From contig JAJRPJ010000011.1 of assembly GCA_024280835.1 (NCBI GenBank), positions 308,404 to 372,403 on the forward strand: DNA of 64,000 bases, read 5' to 3'. Source of the DNA: Candidatus Zixiibacteriota bacterium (GTDB lineage: Bacteria > Zixibacteria > MSB-5A5 > GN15 > JACZUZ01). Every line of letters starts with the position of its first letter. The first letter of the stretch is position 1. Positions 59,327 to 64,000 of the stretch are shown in pieces. A program made the position numbers and the translations under genes. The notes beneath the pieces were generated by a model, which made no database searches, was not told where the DNA came from, and saw nothing but the letters and a program-made list of their open reading frames with translations.

Positions 59327-60028
59327 CTAGGATGGATTCATGACCAAGGCGCCCTCTATAAACTTGTACACCGCAGAGCAGCGTTTGGCTAACTCTGGAT
59401 TGTGTGTGGCGATAACAAATGCGCTGCCTTCGCGCTTGTTTATCTCAACAAGTAAATCGTGCAAACGTTCAGCGGTGGCGAGGTCTAGGTTGCCAGTAGG
59501 TTCGTCGGCAAGGAGCAATTTGGGACGATTGGCCAAAGCTCGGGCAACCGCCACTCTTTGTTGTTCTCCGCCCGAAAGCGCAGAAGGCAAATGACTTGCG
59601 CGATCTGAAAGTCCAACTGCTTCTAGTAATTCCTCTGCCCGTTCCTTGGCTTGGGCGCGTGTGGCGCCTGAGGCTAATTGGGGTAGCATGATATTTTCAA
59701 TCGCATTGAAATCTTCGAGCAAATGGTGAAACTGAAAAACAAAGCCAACATTCTGATTGCGAAACTTTGAACGAGCGTCCTCACTTAGCGCTACGATATT
59801 AGTTCCTGCGCATTGAATTGTCCCAGATGTGGGTACATCTAGTCCACCTAGTAAATGAAGCAAGGTCGACTTGCCGACTCCGGATTCTCCGACGATGGCC
59901 ACCATCTCTGAGCCTTTGACTTGCAATGATAGATCACGCAGAACTTCCAAGGTACCTGTGGCGGTTGAGAAACTTTTTGTGAGTTTCTGGACTTCCAAGA
60001 GAGGTGTCTTTGTCACTGTATTAGTCAT
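59327..60028 (-). CDS. lolD: Lipoprotein-releasing ABC ATPase
   Basis: GESGVGKST, GFVFQFHHLL, LSGGEQQR, ADEPTGNLD. Confidence 0.93.
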   Translation of the reverse strand: MTNTVTKTPLLEVQKLTKSFSTATGTLEVLRDLSLQVKGSEMVAIVGESGVGKSTLLHLLGGLDVPTSGTIQCAGTNIVALSEDARSKFRNQNVGFVFQFHHLLEDFNAIENIMLPQLASGATRAQAKERAEELLEAVGLSDRASHLPSALSGGEQQRVAVARALANRPKLLLADEPTGNLDLATAERLHDLLVEINKREGSAFVIATHNPELAKRCSAVYKFIEGALVMNPS

Positions 60029-60053
60029 GGATGTCTCTTAGTTTTTTAGAATC

Positions 60054-61340
60054 TTAGCGTCTGAGAGCTTCAATTACAGGTTGTCTGGCGGCGGTGTAGG
60101 CAGGATAAAGTCCCGCCAGAAAAGTCATGACCAAAGTGCCAGCGCCAATGTACATGAAGTCCGCCAAACGTGGATCAAATGGTAGATACGATATGAAGTA
60201 GACATCAGCTGGTAGCGCGATAATACCAAAAGTGTTTTGTACCCAAACCAAGACCAGCGCCAAAGCCCAGCCACTGAGAGTTCCGACCACACCAACTGTC
60301 AGTCCATTGTAAACAAAGACTTTCCTAATTGAAGAGCTAGTCAGGCCGATTGTCTTGAGAGCCGCAATCTCTGAGCGTTTTTCCAAAGCAATCATAATTA
60401 GAGTTGAAACCACCGAAAAAGCCACGATGATAATCATCAAACCAAACACTAAATAGATCAATCGTTTTTCCAGCTCCACCCAAGTAAACAGATTTGCATA
60501 CAATTCATTCCAAGGCACAACATCATAGCGCGAGTCCAGTTTTTCTTGGACAAGTGGAGCCATCGCTTCGGCGTCGAAGATATTGCGCACCTTGAGATGC
60601 ACGCCCGTGACGACACCGCCAAGGTTGAATAATTCTTGTGCGTCGGGAATCGAAATATAGGCTAGTTGGGCGTCGTATTCGATGAAACCAGTTTTAAAAA
60701 TACCAGTGACACGGAAGAATCCTTTTTTGGGCACTGATGTCGGTGACAGAGTACGGTCGCTAATTGAATAGAGAATAATTGGGTCGCCGATTCCTGCGCC
60801 GAGACGATTAGCCAAGTCTGTTCCGAGCATGATTCCTGCTATTTGTTTCTTAGATGTGGGCTGCTTGGCTTTCCCTGAATCGTTTTCAGTGTCATCGGAT
60901 GGATCGGATGAAACTGTGAATGAATACTCGCCGCGTTGGATACTTTCGGAAAGCGCTCCAGTGGTGGCTTCCAAATCGAGGTCAATTCCGCGGACTACTA
61001 TGCCATCACCTGTTGAGCGACTTTGGATGCCTGTTTTGTAATAAATAAATGGCGCGGCGCCAAGAACATCGGGCATCGATAACGCAGTAGCCATGACACT
61101 GTCGGATTCGTGCATTAGGTTGTCTTCGGTACCGACTGCGAAGATTGTGATATGCGAAGTTCCCCCAAGAATGCGAGTGCGGATTTCGCGCTCGAAACCA
61201 TTATGCGCCGCTAGAAACAAACATACCGCGCCAACACCGATGCCCACGCCAATAGTGGTTATCATCGATGACATCGAGGTGAAATATTTGCCAGAACGCA
61301 AATAGCGTTTGGCGATGAATAACTCAAGATTGTATGACAT
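60054..61340 (-). CDS. Lipoprotein-releasing ABC permease LolC/E
   Basis: FIAKRYL, MacB/FtsX topology, EIA.LK.IG, YPA..AAR..VIEALR. Confidence 0.9.
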   Translation of the reverse strand: MSYNLELFIAKRYLRSGKYFTSMSSMITTIGVGIGVGAVCLFLAAHNGFEREIRTRILGGTSHITIFAVGTEDNLMHESDSVMATALSMPDVLGAAPFIYYKTGIQSRSTGDGIVVRGIDLDLEATTGALSESIQRGEYSFTVSSDPSDDTENDSGKAKQPTSKKQIAGIMLGTDLANRLGAGIGDPIILYSISDRTLSPTSVPKKGFFRVTGIFKTGFIEYDAQLAYISIPDAQELFNLGGVVTGVHLKVRNIFDAEAMAPLVQEKLDSRYDVVPWNELYANLFTWVELEKRLIYLVFGLMIIIVAFSVVSTLIMIALEKRSEIAALKTIGLTSSSIRKVFVYNGLTVGVVGTLSGWALALVLVWVQNTFGIIALPADVYFISYLPFDPRLADFMYIGAGTLVMTFLAGLYPAYTAARQPVIEALRR

Positions 61341-61498
61341 TGCTTCTCAAATGATAAAAGTTCTGGCCCAATTTTGTTATCAATCTACTTTGTGAATAGA
61401 CTGATAATCCACGCTGAAGCCATTGCCCCAGTGAGGGCGGAAGTATAGGTGATTTTAGTAGGTGAAGGTACTGTAAAAGGGGCGCCCTTTTCGACGAC

Positions 61499-61699
61499 GT
61501 AGGGGCACAGCGTGCTGTGCCTTTTGCCCAACAAGGTCAGCGCTCAAAGTTCAAACAACTCCCACCAATCATAGGGGCGGGGTCTCCCAGCCCTTGCCAT
61601 GATTCTGTAACCCACAAAGAAAAAGGCGCCGAAACGGCGCCCTTACGGATTGGGATATTTCCATTGAATCAAATAGGGCACAGCACGCTGTGCCCCTAC
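61499..61699. repeat. REP cluster (GTAG-type, REPIN-like)
   Basis: GTAGGGGCACAGCGTGCTGTGCC (61499) and its inverted copy (61675-61699) enclose two related hairpins (61571-61593, 61625-61646). Confidence 0.8.
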
Positions 61700-61714
61700 T
61701 ATGATGAATAGTTC

Positions 61715-62653
61715 TTACTTCTTTGCTCCGCCTAGATAGATGGCTCCGAGTGTTAACGCGGCTCCGGAGAGTTGGAGGATGGTCATGGATTCGGAGAAAA
61801 GTAGAGCTCCCCAAATTGTGGCGAAGGTCGGTTGCAGAAGTAGAATTAGCGCTGAACGCGAGGCGGGAAGTTTTGCGAGTGAAGAATAAATTAGTAGCCC
61901 ACCGACAACTTGCGCCACTAGAGCCAGACCGAAACTATAGAGCCAACTTAGACCTGTTTGCGGTATTGCCGTTTCTCCCTCAACCACTCCTAGAAGAAAC
62001 AGCAACGCTGCAGAGATAAACGATATCCAACCAAGTAGTGTTGCTGTCTCAGTCAGCGCGCTGAATTTTTTTGGAGGTTCGCTGGCGCTTTCGCTTGGCT
62101 GGCTGATTGTCTTTGATGAACTCTTTAGCGAAATGATGTAAAGCGCGTAGGCGACCGCGGTCGAAAGTCCGAGACCAACCCCGAAGAGATATTCAGAGCT
62201 GAAAACAATATCCGAGCCGACACCAGTTAGCAATATCACTCCGATAATTCCGAGCGGCGCGGCGAGTTTGAACATAGCGCTGAGGCGCTCTTTGAAAATG
62301 ACGCGGCCCAGAATTGAAGTCGCGAAGACTTGCATGTTTCCGAGAATAGTCGCCATGCCAGCGCCAACAATCAAGATTGACTTGTGCCAAACGAAAATAT
62401 CAACGCAAAACAATGCTCCAGCTACAAAAGCCCACTTGCTGGCGCCAACGCGGAGCTTGAGTGAGCCACTTAGTGAGAGTGACACTACAAAGAAAAGCAC
62501 ACCACCAAAAAGCAATCTCCAAACTCCTATCGGAGTTGGCGCCATGCCTTCTTGCAAAAGTAGTTTTACAAAAATAGGCGCAAAGCTGATGCAAATTGCG
62601 CCCAGCGCCAAACGGATGGCGTATTTTGTTGTTGGTTCTGTCATGTTTGTCAT
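61715..62653 (-). CDS. EamA/DMT-family transporter
   Basis: About ten hydrophobic segments in two EamA repeats; LLQP..A..W..LLF.E. Confidence 0.9.
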   Translation of the reverse strand: MTNMTEPTTKYAIRLALGAICISFAPIFVKLLLQEGMAPTPIGVWRLLFGGVLFFVVSLSLSGSLKLRVGASKWAFVAGALFCVDIFVWHKSILIVGAGMATILGNMQVFATSILGRVIFKERLSAMFKLAAPLGIIGVILLTGVGSDIVFSSEYLFGVGLGLSTAVAYALYIISLKSSSKTISQPSESASEPPKKFSALTETATLLGWISFISAALLFLLGVVEGETAIPQTGLSWLYSFGLALVAQVVGGLLIYSSLAKLPASRSALILLLQPTFATIWGALLFSESMTILQLSGAALTLGAIYLGGAKK

Positions 62654-62702
62654 TTGTTGTTGATTGAGATCGTGATTACGAAAATGAACAAACAATACAT
62701 TC

Positions 62703-62730
62703 GTAGGGGCACAGCGTGCTGTGCCCCTAC
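62703..62730. repeat. REP palindrome
   Basis: GTAGGGGCACAGC-gt-GCTGTGCCCCTAC, third copy of this REP. Confidence 0.85.
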
Positions 62731-62749
62731 AAGAAGATATATTATTGCT

Positions 62750-64000
62750 CTACTTCGTTTCAGGACGCAATTGTGGGAAAAGCAGTACGTCACGGATGCT
62801 GTGCTGATTAGCGAGAATCATCACTATCCGATCTATGCCAAAGCCCCAACCCGCTGTCGGTGGCATGCCATGCTGTAATGCGGTGATATAATCTGTGTCA
62901 TAAGTATTTGGCGCTTCTTCATCACCTGACTTGGCCTGCTCGACTTGCGAAAGGAATCTGTCACGTTGATCATCAGGGTCATTGAGTTCAGAAAACGCGT
63001 TGCCACATTCCATACCCGCGATGAACACTTCCCAGCGCTCGGTTAGACGTGGGTTATCACGGTGACGTTTGGCCAGCGGAGAAATATCCACAGGGAAATC
63101 CATCACGAATGTTGGTTGAGTCAATTTTGGCTCGACAAATTTCTCAAAACAGGCTTCGACTACTTTGCCCCAATTGGTGAGGCGTTCGGTTTCGACATCA
63201 AGTTTCTTTGCCGCAGCAATTGATTCCTCATAGGACATTTCAAGCAGATCAACACCTGTTTCATCAGTCACCGAACCGACCATAGTGATTTTTGCAAACG
63301 GCTTTTCGAAATCTAACTCTATCTCTTCAAAAGTCACTTGAGTTGAACCACAGGCAGTCTTGGTGATAAAGCGATACAGCTCTTCAGCGAGTTGCATCAT
63401 GTCTTTGTAGTCAGCATAGGCCCAGTATAATTCGACCATAGAGAACTCTGGGTTATGCAATCGGTCCATGCCTTCATTGCGGAAGTCTTTGCAATACTCC
63501 CAAACTTTTTCAAAACCGCCAACAACGAGACGTTTGAGATATAGCTCATCAGCGATACGCAGGTACAATGTTGCATCGAGCGCATTGTGATGTGTCACAA
63601 ACGGCCGCGCCGCCGCGCCGCCATAGAGCGGTTGCAAGACCGGAGTTTCAACTTCTAGAAAGTCTTTGCCATTGAGAAAGTCGCGCACAGCGCGGACAAT
63701 TCTTGAGCGTAGCTGAAAGACTTTGCGCACTTCGGGGTCCATAATCAAATCGACATAGCGCTGACGATAGCGCATTTCTTTGTCGACAAGCCCCGCGTGT
63801 TTATCTGGTAGCGGATGCAATGACTTGCTGAGCATCTCAACTTTACTGAGCTGTAAAGTGCGTTCGCCCTTGCGTGTCACAAAAAGTTCGCCTTCGACAC
63901 CAATTATATCACCAATGTCGAACTTTTCGAACAGACGGAATTGTTCCTCACCGATTTTGTCGATTTTTAGATAGATTTGTATGCGCTGGTCTTGATCGCG
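62750..64000 (-). CDS. lysS: Lysine--tRNA ligase class II (5' end outside window)
   Basis: Frame is open to the window edge; YRQRYVDL, GGAAARPF, FRNEG, HNPEF, GIDR. Confidence 0.96.
   Translation of the reverse strand, partial: RDQDQRIQIYLKIDKIGEEQFRLFEKFDIGDIIGVEGELFVTRKGERTLQLSKVEMLSKSLHPLPDKHAGLVDKEMRYRQRYVDLIMDPEVRKVFQLRSRIVRAVRDFLNGKDFLEVETPVLQPLYGGAAARPFVTHHNALDATLYLRIADELYLKRLVVGGFEKVWEYCKDFRNEGMDRLHNPEFSMVELYWAYADYKDMMQLAEELYRFITKTACGSTQVTFEEIELDFEKPFAKITMVGSVTDETGVDLLEMSYEESIAAAKKLDVETERLTNWGKVVEACFEKFVEPKLTQPTFVMDFPVDISPLAKRHRDNPRLTERWEVFIAGMECGNAFSELNDPDDQRDRFLSQVEQAKSGDEEAPNTYDTDYITALQHGMPPTAGWGFGIDRIVMILANQHSIRDVLLFPQLRPETK

Overview
A mostly housekeeping bacterial chromosome segment. 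It is probably from an FCB-superphylum lineage such as Zixibacteria; this is inferred from porXY-tsaE, a gingipain-like C25 protease with an NYPNPF-type C-terminal Ig domain, and mcsA-mcsB-clpC without ctsR. It contains a partial arginine deiminase, an H1-like basic protein, an ECF sigma/RskA/spondin locus, an accessory stretch (ABM, HNH, Ada/Ogt, DUF1203, tandem paralogues), mazG, valS, a sigma54 activator plus hybrid kinase, the serS-porY-porX-tsaE-tsaB-rimI-accD-folC run, rpmB, an orphan minimal flagellin, a dcw cluster (mraZ to ftsZ, no murB/ddl), an aspartase/fumarase, a truncated haemoglobin with reductase, rpmA, mcsAB-clpC, lolD-lolC/E, an EamA transporter and partial lysS. The main hidden signal is seven correctly oriented sigma28/FliA-like promoters (N15-G(C/A/T)CGATA-type) upstream of non-flagellar genes: the H1/Hc2-like protein, the sigma54 activator, the hybrid kinase, the aspartase, the truncated Hb, mcsA and clpC. 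The flagellin-like gene instead carries a sigma54 promoter. This suggests a Chlamydia- or Bdellovibrio-like developmental or dormancy programme. Also present are two signalling genes split by a single in-frame TAA, a 162-bp MITE with TSD, REP clusters, a 22-bp inverted-repeat pair around an HNH cassette, and structured leaders of rpmA, rpmB and valS. All calls were made by eye; no database searches were run.
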